DNA of 64,000 nucleotides from an uncultured Gemmatimonadales bacterium (GTDB lineage: Bacteria > Gemmatimonadota > Gemmatimonadetes > Longimicrobiales > RSA9), in assembly GCA_963798085.1 (NCBI GenBank), contig CAWCRS010000002.1, positions 256,001 through 320,000 of the forward strand, in the 5' to 3' direction. How positions within the stretch are numbered: the stretch's first letter is position 1; the number at the start of each line of letters is the position of its first letter. This document shows, piece after piece, positions 34,112 to 42,413 of this stretch. The position numbers and the translations under genes are program-made. Below the pieces are notes generated by a model that did not search any database, had not been told where the DNA came from, and was given only the letters and a program-made list of their open reading frames with translations.

Positions 34112-34140
34112 AATGTTGCGTGACCTCCGGCGACTGTCAA
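34112..34140 (-). promoter_or_regulatory. Sigma70-type promoter of the ankyrin-NTase-uvrA operon
   Basis: TTGACA-17 bp-AACATT. Confidence 0.55.
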
Positions 34141-34477
34141 CCAACGCAGGCGCACGCGGGCCGCGACCCCGTGCCCGGGCGGCCGGCGGAACCCGGCGGA
34201 GCGCCAGCGCAGGCAGTCCGACGGCGGCATGAGACGGTTTCGTCGCCTGCTACATACAATCGGGAAACACATCCAGCCTTTCCATCCCGGCCGCGGAAAC
34301 TCATGGTCCGCCGAGTGGTATCAGCGGTCCGCGTCGGCTTTTTTCTTGCATGGGCCGGCGGCAAGCGGCGGCAGACCCGCCCGTTGCGATTCCACCCCCG
34401 CGATCCGGCGATGATGCGGCCACCGATCCGGTGGGTTATCCTTACCTTAGCCACCAACTCATTGAGAGGAGACACCC

Positions 34478-35179
34478 ATGCGTCGTGTACTCGGTTCCGC
34501 GGTTGCACTTACCGCCGTCCTGCTGCTTCCACGAATGGTCGCTGCCCAGGGCGGGATGGATCAGGCCAAGAAGGTCGCGGGCGGCGGCATCTCCGTGGCC
34601 GGCTGGATGGGGATGGTCGATCCGACGGAGACCGGAATGGATGTGAGCGGCGCGAAGTTCGCCAAGGAAGGCGCCGGGTTCCACGTCACGACCGGTCCCG
34701 CAATCACGTACTGGAATCCCGCGAACAAGGCCGCCGGCGACTATACCGTGAAGGCCACGTTCAACGAGCCCAAGTACATGAACCTCAACACTCACCCGCA
34801 CCCGTACGGGATCGTGATCGGCGGGAACGACATGGGCACGCCCAACGCCACGTACCTGTACTGCGCGGCCTACGGCAACGGCAAGTTCATCATGCGCGGC
34901 TTCGGCCCCGCGGCGTTCGCGCTGAACGGCCGCATGGGCGAAGCGAATGATGCGGTGCACAAGGCGGCGGGGCCGGGCGAATCGGTCACGCAGGAAATTG
35001 CCGTGTCGGTCAAGGGCGACAAGGTGGAGTGTTCGGTCAACGGCACGGTCGTCGGCAGCTACGCCAAGTCCGATGTCGTGGGTGCCGGCAAGCTGAAGAG
35101 CACGGATGGCGTGTACGGCATCCGCTTCGCACACAACACGGAAGGCACGGTCTCCGGCTTCACGATGACGAAGAACTGA
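34478..35179 (+). CDS. Hypothetical secreted beta-sandwich protein
   Basis: GAGGAG RBS, signal peptide, strong codon bias; HPHPYG, GIRFAHN. Confidence 0.75.
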   Translation: MRRVLGSAVALTAVLLLPRMVAAQGGMDQAKKVAGGGISVAGWMGMVDPTETGMDVSGAKFAKEGAGFHVTTGPAITYWNPANKAAGDYTVKATFNEPKYMNLNTHPHPYGIVIGGNDMGTPNATYLYCAAYGNGKFIMRGFGPAAFALNGRMGEANDAVHKAAGPGESVTQEIAVSVKGDKVECSVNGTVVGSYAKSDVVGAGKLKSTDGVYGIRFAHNTEGTVSGFTMTKN

Positions 35180-35211
35180 CAGCGCATTAGCAGCGCTGCT
35201 CCGGCAGCTCG

Positions 35212-35253
35212 AACCCCGGCGTCATGCGGCATGGTCCGTATGGCGCCGGGGTT
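35212..35253. terminator. Long hairpin between convergent genes (likely bidirectional terminator)
   Basis: AACCCCGGCGTCATGCGG / CCGTATGGCGCCGGGGTT 18-bp stem with G-U pairs. Confidence 0.55.
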
Positions 35254-35287
35254 TCCGTATTCCGTCAGTGCGTATGCGCGCGGATCG

Positions 35288-36742
35288 TCAGCGCTGTGGC
35301 GGCGGCACCGTGACGGCCCAGAGTCCCTGATCGAGCTGCAGGATGTCCTGCGCATCGGCCGCGGTGAAATAGCCGAAGCCGCCGTCGCCCCAGGTCACGC
35401 CCCAGTTGTTGGCGAACTTGAAGCGTGACGTGGCCGGATCGTAGCCGACAATGGTGATCACCGTGCTGCCCAGCGTGGCCTGGTTCGCGCCGGCGGGCTT
35501 TACGAGCCCGGTACGGGTGGCGTCGTCGGTGCTCCACGCTTCGGTCGCAGTGGCCACGGCGAGCACCGGCGTCTTCCTGTCGAGTGTCGCAAGGATCGCG
35601 TCGAGGCCGGGGATCTGCGTCATGGTGGCCTTGTAGTCCGCGGCGGCGTTGTCGAGATCTCGCCAGGTGACGCCGGCGGGCAGACTGCGATTCAGTGCCC
35701 GGTACGGCCAAATCGATTCGGGCGGCGCGCCGAACTGCCGCGCGACGTAGATCGTGGTCTCGAGAAACGTGCCCTCGCCCGTGACTTCGTCGTGGCGCTT
35801 CGCCTTCTCGTAGATGTAGCGCATGGAGAGGCGCAGCGGGCGGCCCTGTGCCGAGAGCGAGGCATCCATCGCCGTGGCACACGCGGCCGCGGCCACCGTG
35901 CCTTCCTGACCGACATCCCTGACTTCGGCCCAGGGTGCGAGGTCGACCGCTCTGGGCGCTGCAACGATCAGCGAAACCGCACTGCCTCTGCGAATCGATG
36001 TCTGCGACGCAGGCTTCTGCTCGAGTACCCAACCCGGTGCTTGCTCGTTGGTCGCCTGTTGCGTGACGTCGCCCACAGCCAGGCCGACGCCGGCAAGGTC
36101 ACGCGTGGCGCGCTCGAGCGTCAGCCCGCTCACATTCGGCACGTTCACGCGCTGACTGCCTGCCCACGTGTAGACGGAGTAACCGCCGGCCGCCAGCGCG
36201 AGCGCCAGAACGACCGCAGCGGATCGCCAGTGGCTGCGCAGCCGTTCCGAGAGCGAGCCGCGCGCTCTGCGCCGCTTGATGTCCCGGCAGAGCCGGCCCA
36301 CATCGTCGTTCCATGAGCCGTCGCGCACTTCCGCCTGCTGCCGCTCGGCGAGAGCGCGGATGTCCTCGGGCAGATCCGCGGCGCCCGGCAATGCCGCACC
36401 GCCGACGAGGACGGGAATGACGAGAAGGCCGTTGGCGAGCGCGGCATGGATCTCGCCGCGCACCCAGTCATCCGCGTTGTCCAGACGACGCTGGCCCGCC
36501 GCATCCGTGAGTGTGGTCCAGTGCCTGCCGATCACGGCCAGCAGCACATCCGCCTGTCGCAGCTGCTGATTCAGCGTATCCGCGTAGTCGTCACCGCGCT
36601 GGATGTCGTCGACATCCATGAACACGGTGTCGGCGCCGAATACGCGGGAGAGATGATCGTAGAGACGGCCGGCGTGACCGGCCGAATCGTCGCGGCGGTA
36701 GCTGATGAAGATTCCGCTCACACTCGATCCGCGCGGTATCAC
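35288..36742 (-). CDS. TIR-TM-PASTA-papain(C1)-like fusion; peptidase apparently inactive
   Basis: IFISYRRDD...WVRGEI (TIR); TM; VPNVSGLT...QKPA (PASTA); VRDVGQEGTV, LSMRYIY, TIVGYD, NNWG...WGDGGFGY (C1). Confidence 0.82.
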   Translation of the reverse strand: MIPRGSSVSGIFISYRRDDSAGHAGRLYDHLSRVFGADTVFMDVDDIQRGDDYADTLNQQLRQADVLLAVIGRHWTTLTDAAGQRRLDNADDWVRGEIHAALANGLLVIPVLVGGAALPGAADLPEDIRALAERQQAEVRDGSWNDDVGRLCRDIKRRRARGSLSERLRSHWRSAAVVLALALAAGGYSVYTWAGSQRVNVPNVSGLTLERATRDLAGVGLAVGDVTQQATNEQAPGWVLEQKPASQTSIRRGSAVSLIVAAPRAVDLAPWAEVRDVGQEGTVAAAACATAMDASLSAQGRPLRLSMRYIYEKAKRHDEVTGEGTFLETTIYVARQFGAPPESIWPYRALNRSLPAGVTWRDLDNAAADYKATMTQIPGLDAILATLDRKTPVLAVATATEAWSTDDATRTGLVKPAGANQATLGSTVITIVGYDPATSRFKFANNWGVTWGDGGFGYFTAADAQDILQLDQGLWAVTVPPPQR

Positions 36743-37015
36743 CGTCTGCGGTGGCGGGCCTGCCGTTCGACACGCGACGCGTGGCTCGAAACAGCGGCAG
36801 ACGTTCGTGCGAGGATGGGCTGGCGGCCGGGCTGCGTCAAGATCCGAATCCCGCGGAGCCGTGCCTTCGGATCAGAGCTGGCTCGACGCATACCCGCTGG
36901 CTGGTGTGCGACGCGCGTCGTGGGCCGGTGGGCCGGCCTGCGGGCGCTTTGCCGCCGGTTGCCGCTTCGTCCGTTCGCCGGGAGCCTGCGCCCACGACGG
37001 CACGGGTGGACTGCA

Positions 37016-37882
37016 TTATTTCCCGGCTAACAGCTCGCGAGCCTGACTCAGCGACTGGCCCTGGCTGTAGATGTCTGCCCACACATTGCCGGTGTCCGCA
37101 ATGCGCCGCTCCAGGTTGCGCAGCGTGAACGTCTGCGGCGCGACTTCGCCGCTCTCCAGCTCCTCCCACGTGCACGGCGCAGAAATCGGTGCGCCGGGCT
37201 TCGCGCGTACCGTGTACGTGGCGGCGAACGTGGCGCTGTAATCGTTGCGGCCGGTGTCGACGAGGATGCGTCCGCCACGGTCCGCCTTGCTGAACTCCTG
37301 CGTCAGGTGCACGGGATCGCGCTGCACCATGGCGCGCCCCACCGTGTGTGCGAAACTCGAGACTTCGCCGGTGTGCGCGCTGCCATCGAGCGGAATCGCG
37401 ATGTGGTAGCCCTTCGAGCCCGACGTCTTAACCCAGCTGCGCAGGCCCAGCTCGGCGAGGAAGTCACGCAGGCCGAGCGCGGCGGCGCGCAGCACGGCGG
37501 GCTCGTCAACGAGCGGGTCGAGATCGAACACACAGATGTCGGGGTGCACGAGATCAGGTGCGCGTGACACCCACACGTGTGCTGTGATGCAGTTCTGGTT
37601 GGCGATCCAGAGCAGGCCGCGCGTGTCCGTAATGAGCGGATAGTGCACGATGCCGCGGTTGTGGTGCACTTCCACCCGCTCCAGCCATTCGGGGAAGCCC
37701 TTCTTCACATCCTTCTGGAAGAAGCCTTTCTCACCCATGCCGCGGTGGTAGCGCTCCATGGTCAGCGGCCGTGCGCGGATGTGCGGCAGCATGAGCGGCG
37801 CGATCATTTCGTAATACGCTGCCAGCTCGCCCTTGGTGATGCCGTCCTCGGGGAACATCACCTTGTCCGGGTGCGTGATCAC
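37016..37882 (-). CDS. ligD: LigD polymerase/primase domain protein (NHEJ)
   Basis: ITHPDKVMFP, TKGELAAYY, FDLDP, KTSGSKGYH, YTVRA. Confidence 0.92.
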   Translation of the reverse strand: MITHPDKVMFPEDGITKGELAAYYEMIAPLMLPHIRARPLTMERYHRGMGEKGFFQKDVKKGFPEWLERVEVHHNRGIVHYPLITDTRGLLWIANQNCITAHVWVSRAPDLVHPDICVFDLDPLVDEPAVLRAAALGLRDFLAELGLRSWVKTSGSKGYHIAIPLDGSAHTGEVSSFAHTVGRAMVQRDPVHLTQEFSKADRGGRILVDTGRNDYSATFAATYTVRAKPGAPISAPCTWEELESGEVAPQTFTLRNLERRIADTGNVWADIYSQGQSLSQARELLAGK

Positions 37883-37916
37883 GGAGTCTGTCTGAACCGT
37901 GTTGCTGCGGCTGGCC

Positions 37917-39404
37917 TCAACGGAAGGTCAGCCGCGAGAGGGTTTCTGCGCGAAGACCGGACCGCGTCTGGAAGTCCTGAATGCTGGCGAAGGCCTGCGC
38001 GTCACGGGCGCGCATCCAGCCAGTCACCTCGGCTTCGCTGATGCCCGGGACGAGGCGCATCACGCCTTCCTCTGCCGTGTTCAGGTCGAAGGAGAGCGGT
38101 TGCGCGTCACCGAACGCGACCAGCGTGACCGTAACGCCCGGCACTTCGACGCGAATCTGCGGACCGAGATTCTGGTAGAGCACACGCGGATCTCGTGCGA
38201 TCTCCGTCCGCCAGCGCGCACGCGCCGCTTCGATCGCCGTATTGCTTCGCTCGGTGAGATCGAGCCGCAGCGCTCCGAGGTAGTGGTCGCGCCACAGGGT
38301 GCGAGCCTGGCGATCGACGAACACGCCGCGACTCAGATCGCAGAGAAGATCGATGACCTCGTTCGATTCTGCCGGAAAGCGGCGAAGCCAGGCCTCGATG
38401 AACAGCAGCAGGAACGGGTCATCCGGCTTTCGTCTGCCGGGGCCGAGGATGTCGGACAGGGCAGTCAACACCCTCTGTTGCCGGTCGCGAATGATCTGCG
38501 GGGTCGGTGGATCCTGCCCGCGCACCAGCAGGCTGAAGAAGAAGCTGGCGTAGAAACCCTCGGATTGCAGCAGCTGATTGGCGTCGCGCAGGCTGGCGAA
38601 GTCGCGGCTCTTTTCCAGCTGCACGCGCAGATAGTCCGGCCCCTTCCAGGCAGGTGAAAACGCGAAATTGTTCTCGCGCACTTCGTAGTAGCGTGCTACT
38701 GTCTGTGAGAAGCTCAGCAGGTCGCCTGCCGGTCTGTGGAATTCGCCGAGCACGTCCGGAACGCCGAACAGGAACTTCTGATGATGGTACCGCTCCCGGA
38801 GGAACGGATCGGTGGCCAGATGCGCCTCGAGCGTTTCCAGATGAATCGCAAAGCCTTCGTCGAATGCAGTGCCGCGGTCCGTCAGCGCGGCCGTGGTGTG
38901 TGAAATAGCGGCGATCTCCGTCCTTGGAATGCCCTCACCGCCATTCAGCAGCGAGAGCACCACGTGACCGGTTTCGTGAAGGAATGTGGTAGTGAACGCC
39001 CAGTCCTGCGGTGCCAGCATGATGAAGGGCGTGCGTGCGTGATCACCGGGGTTGCGGTCATCCACGAGACGGAATCCCACCGCAGCCTGGTTGCCACCGG
39101 GCTTGAGCGCCACGAAGTAGACCGCGGAGTCTCCACTGCGGCCCTGCGTACTGAGGGCCCATGCCCTGGCGTACAGGTCGAGCGCCATACGCGCAGACTC
39201 ATTATTCAGCCATGCACCGAATGTTCGCAGCCGCGCAGCGTCGGTAACGCGTCGATAGGTCTGCGCACCCTGCACCGCGACGGTATCAGCTGGCTCGACA
39301 AACACGACGCGGACCTTGGCATCCTGGGCCTGTGCCGCCGAGCCCCAGAGCACCCACAGCAGCGGCAATGAACGGGCAATGCTGAAAGGAAACCTCGATC
39401 GCAT
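37917..39404 (-). CDS. Secreted hypothetical protein with HExxH motif and C-terminal HhH
   Basis: Signal peptide; FLHETGH, AFDEGFA; DLNTA...LVPGIS. Confidence 0.65.
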   Translation of the reverse strand: MRSRFPFSIARSLPLLWVLWGSAAQAQDAKVRVVFVEPADTVAVQGAQTYRRVTDAARLRTFGAWLNNESARMALDLYARAWALSTQGRSGDSAVYFVALKPGGNQAAVGFRLVDDRNPGDHARTPFIMLAPQDWAFTTTFLHETGHVVLSLLNGGEGIPRTEIAAISHTTAALTDRGTAFDEGFAIHLETLEAHLATDPFLRERYHHQKFLFGVPDVLGEFHRPAGDLLSFSQTVARYYEVRENNFAFSPAWKGPDYLRVQLEKSRDFASLRDANQLLQSEGFYASFFFSLLVRGQDPPTPQIIRDRQQRVLTALSDILGPGRRKPDDPFLLLFIEAWLRRFPAESNEVIDLLCDLSRGVFVDRQARTLWRDHYLGALRLDLTERSNTAIEAARARWRTEIARDPRVLYQNLGPQIRVEVPGVTVTLVAFGDAQPLSFDLNTAEEGVMRLVPGISEAEVTGWMRARDAQAFASIQDFQTRSGLRAETLSRLTFR

Positions 39405-39570
39405 GGTCCTGCCTCCGAACACCGGGCCTGCATTTCAGCCGCATGGAACATGCGTCGGCGCGTGCGCTCTGCGGAATGGGGCACATGTCCTGATATTGCG
39501 CGCCAGCGCGCCATGCCTATTGATGGGAGCGCCGCTGCACCGCTGTACCGCACCTGAAAAGTGACGTGCC

Positions 39571-40995
39571 ATGTCTCTCACCGCGATACTGCTGGCCCTG
39601 CTCGCGTGTCCACACCCGGGACCCGCAGGCCGGAATGCTGGCGGCGAAATGCAGGCCGCCGTCCCGGCCGGCGACACATTGCGGGCGCCCCCCGTTCTCG
39701 AGAACCAGTCGCGTGAGCCGCACACCGTGGAAGTCACGCTCACGGCGAAGCCCACGCGGCTCTCGCTGCTGCCCGGCGTGGAAACCGATGCCTACGCATA
39801 CAATGGCAGCATCCCGGGACCCACACTCGACGTGCACGAAGGCGATCGCGTTCTCATTCATTTCCGCAATGCATTGCCCGAGCAGACGACGGTGCACTGG
39901 CATGGTCTGCACATTCCGTGGGCGACCGACGGCAGTCCATTCAAGCCCATCCCGGCCGGTGCGCAGGCCGATCTCGAATTCACCATCCCAATGGGTACCG
40001 CGGGCACGTACTGGTACCATCCACACGCTCAGGCGCTTGCACGGTCGCAGATGGCAAAGGGACTGTTCGGCGCGATCATTGTGCGCGCGGCGGACGATCC
40101 GCTGCCTGCGATTCCCGAGAAGCTGCTGGTTCTGAGCGACAACCGTTTCCTGCCCGACGGGTCGATCGATCTGCCGGACCGGCAATCGCCGCAGGGAAAC
40201 GTGGATTTCGAGAACGGGCGCGAAGGCAATGTCGTGTTCGTGAACGGGCAGATCATGCCGGCGATTCGACTGCGGCCCGGCGAGACGCAGCGCTGGCGCG
40301 TGGTCAACGCGTCCTCTGCCCGTGTCTACCGTCTCGCGATTCCCGGTCACGAGATGCTGCACGTGGGCGGCGATGGTGGCCTCTTCGAGCGACCCGTAGC
40401 CGTCAAGGAGATCCTGATCGCAAATTCCGAGCGTGTCGAACTGCTGGTGCGCGGCACCGGAGCGGCAGGCAGCCAGACAGTACTGCAGGACCTGCCCTAC
40501 GACCGCTACATCCCGCAGACGCGCCCCGCTGACTGGGAGAGAACGAGCGACCTGCTGAGCCTTGAGTACACGGACGAACCGACTGTTCCGCCCGCCGCGA
40601 TACCGGCCACACTGCGTCGCGTGGAGTGGCTCGACACCACGTCGGTCACGACCCGGCGAGTCATGGTGCTTACGCAGGGTTTCATCAACAACAAGGCGAT
40701 GGACATGAACCGCGTCGATGAGCACGGCTCGCTCGGTTCGACAGAAATCTGGGACATCGAGAATCTCGTCGGCATGGATCATCCCTTCCACCTGCACGGG
40801 TTCCGCTTCCAGATACTGGATCGCAATGGTGTGCGCGAACCGTTTCCCAGCTGGGAGGACACGGTGAATGTGCCGAAGCACGAGTCTGCCCGGATCGTCG
40901 TACGGTTCGAGGACTACCCCGGGAAGTGGATGTTCCACTGCCACATCATGGACCACGAAGAGGGCGGCATGATGGGCATCCTCGAAATCACGTGA
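39571..40995 (+). CDS. Multicopper oxidase
   Basis: HWHG, WYHPH, HPFHLHG, HCHIMDHEEGGMM. Confidence 0.95.
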   Translation: MSLTAILLALLACPHPGPAGRNAGGEMQAAVPAGDTLRAPPVLENQSREPHTVEVTLTAKPTRLSLLPGVETDAYAYNGSIPGPTLDVHEGDRVLIHFRNALPEQTTVHWHGLHIPWATDGSPFKPIPAGAQADLEFTIPMGTAGTYWYHPHAQALARSQMAKGLFGAIIVRAADDPLPAIPEKLLVLSDNRFLPDGSIDLPDRQSPQGNVDFENGREGNVVFVNGQIMPAIRLRPGETQRWRVVNASSARVYRLAIPGHEMLHVGGDGGLFERPVAVKEILIANSERVELLVRGTGAAGSQTVLQDLPYDRYIPQTRPADWERTSDLLSLEYTDEPTVPPAAIPATLRRVEWLDTTSVTTRRVMVLTQGFINNKAMDMNRVDEHGSLGSTEIWDIENLVGMDHPFHLHGFRFQILDRNGVREPFPSWEDTVNVPKHESARIVVRFEDYPGKWMFHCHIMDHEEGGMMGILEIT

Positions 40996-41009
40996 AAAAG
41001 AGACGGGAC

Positions 41010-42305
41010 ATGATACGGCATGTGAGCGTTCCGCGATGGAGCCGTCTGTACGTCGCTCTGGCCGCGGTCGTCGCGGCAGTCGGCATGGCCTTCACGGGCG
41101 TCGCGCGGGAGTCCGGCACTGCGAACATCATCCAGGGGCCGGGCGAGGAAACTCGGACGCAGATCGAGGTCAGCCGCCAGCAGCAGATCGAACGCGGCCG
41201 TCAGCTCGTGATCGAAGACGCGTGCAGCTTTTGTCATGGCGGCGTTGTCACCCCGGATCAGGAGGGCTGGCTGGTTGGCGCTACGAAACCGGAACTCGAG
41301 TTCCTGATTGGCCCTTGCGCCCTGCAGGCCGGCGCACAGCCATGCTTCAGGACCCGCCCGCGCAATCTCACGCCGGACAACCTCACGGGCATCGGACGCT
41401 TCACCGAGCGCCAGATCTTCAACGCGCTGCGCTTCGGGCTGCGACCCGAAGAAACGGCGGACGTGGAGATCACTTCCACGACGCCGGGGCAGGGAAACTT
41501 TCCACTGAACCCCAGGTATCTGGCGCCGCCCATGCCGTGGCCCGGGTGGCGCAACATGCCCGATGATGAGTTGTGGGCTATCGCGGCGTACCTCAAGAAC
41601 GGCGTCAAGCCGGTGAGCAGCCGCATTGCCGACAGCGACGGGCCGCCCGATTTCTGGGCGGGTGCCTATCCGGTGGAGTTTATCGGCACCTGGCCGGCTC
41701 CGCCGTTCCCGACCGCCAATGAAGTGATGCCTGCGCGCGCGGCCGACCTCGAGAAGATCCGGCGAGGGCGGCAGCTCGTGCTCCAGCACGAGTGTGGCGG
41801 CTGCCACGGCGGGATGAGCAATCCCGCAGGTAAGGGCTTTCTCGTCGGCGTGACACGTCCCGACGACCTGCTCCCCGTCGGGGCCTGCGCGGTCGAGCCC
41901 GGTACAACGCCGTGCTACCTCATGCGGCCGCGTAACCTCACGCCGGACAATGCCACCGGCACCGGCAGGTACAGCGAACGCCAGATCTTCAACGCGTTGC
42001 GCTATGGCCTGCGACCGAGCACGACGCCGGACGTCGACATCACGTCGGGAACGCCGGGCATGGGCAAATTCCCTGCGAAACCCGACTACCTGGGGCCGGA
42101 CATGCCGTGGCCGTCTTTCCGCCACATGCCCGACAGCGATCTGCGGGCCATCGCCGCGTACCTGAAGCGCGGCCTGCGTCCTGTGAGCAACAAGGTGGAG
42201 GACAGCGACAAGCCACCGGAAGGCTGGGCCAGCGCCTACTCGGTCGAGAACATCGGCAGCTTTCCAGCGCCGGCGTTTCCCACTAACAGAGAGGTCAAGC
42301 GGTAG
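41010..42305 (+). CDS. Di-heme cytochrome c made of two tandem homologous domains
   Basis: CSFCH and CGGCH, each followed by RPRNLTPDN-TG-GR-ERQIFNALR-GLRP and P-MPW. Confidence 0.85.
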   Translation: MIRHVSVPRWSRLYVALAAVVAAVGMAFTGVARESGTANIIQGPGEETRTQIEVSRQQQIERGRQLVIEDACSFCHGGVVTPDQEGWLVGATKPELEFLIGPCALQAGAQPCFRTRPRNLTPDNLTGIGRFTERQIFNALRFGLRPEETADVEITSTTPGQGNFPLNPRYLAPPMPWPGWRNMPDDELWAIAAYLKNGVKPVSSRIADSDGPPDFWAGAYPVEFIGTWPAPPFPTANEVMPARAADLEKIRRGRQLVLQHECGGCHGGMSNPAGKGFLVGVTRPDDLLPVGACAVEPGTTPCYLMRPRNLTPDNATGTGRYSERQIFNALRYGLRPSTTPDVDITSGTPGMGKFPAKPDYLGPDMPWPSFRHMPDSDLRAIAAYLKRGLRPVSNKVEDSDKPPEGWASAYSVENIGSFPAPAFPTNREVKR

Positions 42306-42413
42306 CGCAGGCCGGGCTCGACAAGATCGCACGCGCTCGTTCGCAGGACGGCGCTCACGCAGCGGCCGGCGAAAGTCCGACATCAGCACCACCATCGGCT
42401 GCGGACGGTGGTG

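Noticed and set aside
35175..35295. Complete integron attC site
   Set aside because: Has CTGAC...GTCAG ends rather than AAC/GTT and irregular L-box spacing; the central hairpin is explained as a terminator
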